Below, in pieces: positions 4,826 through 5,014 of a stretch of DNA of 5,014 nucleotides. The DNA is from a virus, in the IMG/VR virus record IMGVR_UViG_3300045988_001786, positions 1 to 5,014 of that record. One strand, given 5' to 3'. The translations under genes and the position numbers were made by a program. A model generated the notes under the pieces. It was given only the letters and a program-made list of their open reading frames with translations. It was not told the DNA's origin and did not search any database. Positions within the stretch are counted from its first letter, which is position 1. Each line of letters starts with the position of its first letter.

Positions 4826-5014
4826 TCAATGATGGTCAATGAGACCGGGAATAGAATACATAGGCATAGGACGAGTAGTCCGATTCTTGATATAGATATC
4901 AGCAAAAAGCTGATTGCTGACGCTGGAAGTGACAGCAAGCACACGATCCACGTTTGTCTTATCCTCACGAATCCAAGAATCAGAGAGCATAGGCAAAGCA
5001 GAATAATCATCAGC
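4826..5014 (-). CDS. VP1: C-terminal end of VP1 (62 aa + TGA). 4874..5014 duplicates 1..141, and 4826..4873 is the unique tail RPMPMYSIPGLIDHH-stop.
   Basis: The frame is continuous with 1..1650 through the repeat junction. The ending ...NQLFADIYIKNRTTRPMPMYSIPGLIDHH matches the C-terminal signature I recall for gokushovirus capsids. The stop is TGA at 4828..4826. Confidence 0.9.
   Translation of the reverse strand, partial: ADDYSALPMLSDSWIREDKTNVDRVLAVTSSVSNQLFADIYIKNRTTRPMPMYSIPGLIDHH
4874..5014. repeat. Right copy of the exact 141-nt terminal redundancy (circular-genome overlap)
   Basis: It is identical to 1..141. The window length of 5014 equals 4873 + 141. Confidence 0.97.

Overview
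The window holds one complete circular ssDNA microvirus genome (family Microviridae, Gokushovirinae-like) plus a short overlap. The first 141 nt (1..141) recur exactly at 4874..5014, so the genome unit is 4873 nt. This is most likely an assembly overlap of a circle. All credible genes lie on the minus strand, so the given strand is the complement of the coding/viral strand. In minus-strand order they are: a candidate promoter (about 3792..3820), a 31-aa membrane-peptide ORF (3770->3675), a hairpin (3640..3660), VP4 replication initiator (3622->2609, GTG start), a 37-aa basic ORF8/J-like DNA-binding protein (2609->2496), a 33-aa acidic Cys-rich ORF (2499->2398), VP5 (2401->2150), VP3 scaffold (2147->1647), VP1 major capsid (1650->1, continuing at 4873->4826), VP2 pilot/minor capsid (4814->3978), and a strong terminator hairpin (3933..3974). 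The supplied ORF track misses VP1 because it crosses the window edge. I checked by hand that all 550 codons from 1650 down to 1 are open, and that the frame closes 15 codons past the junction. The track also omits three ORFs below its size cut-off. Two of them, the Cys-rich peptide and the intergenic membrane peptide, are the most interesting unexplained coding candidates. The only sizeable non-coding region (3623..3977) is bipartite. One half is AT-rich (promoter and small ORF). The other is GC-richer and packed with hairpins plus a tandem decamer, and is a candidate complementary-strand origin and terminator. Family assignments rest on recognised sequence motifs and gene order only. No database search was possible.
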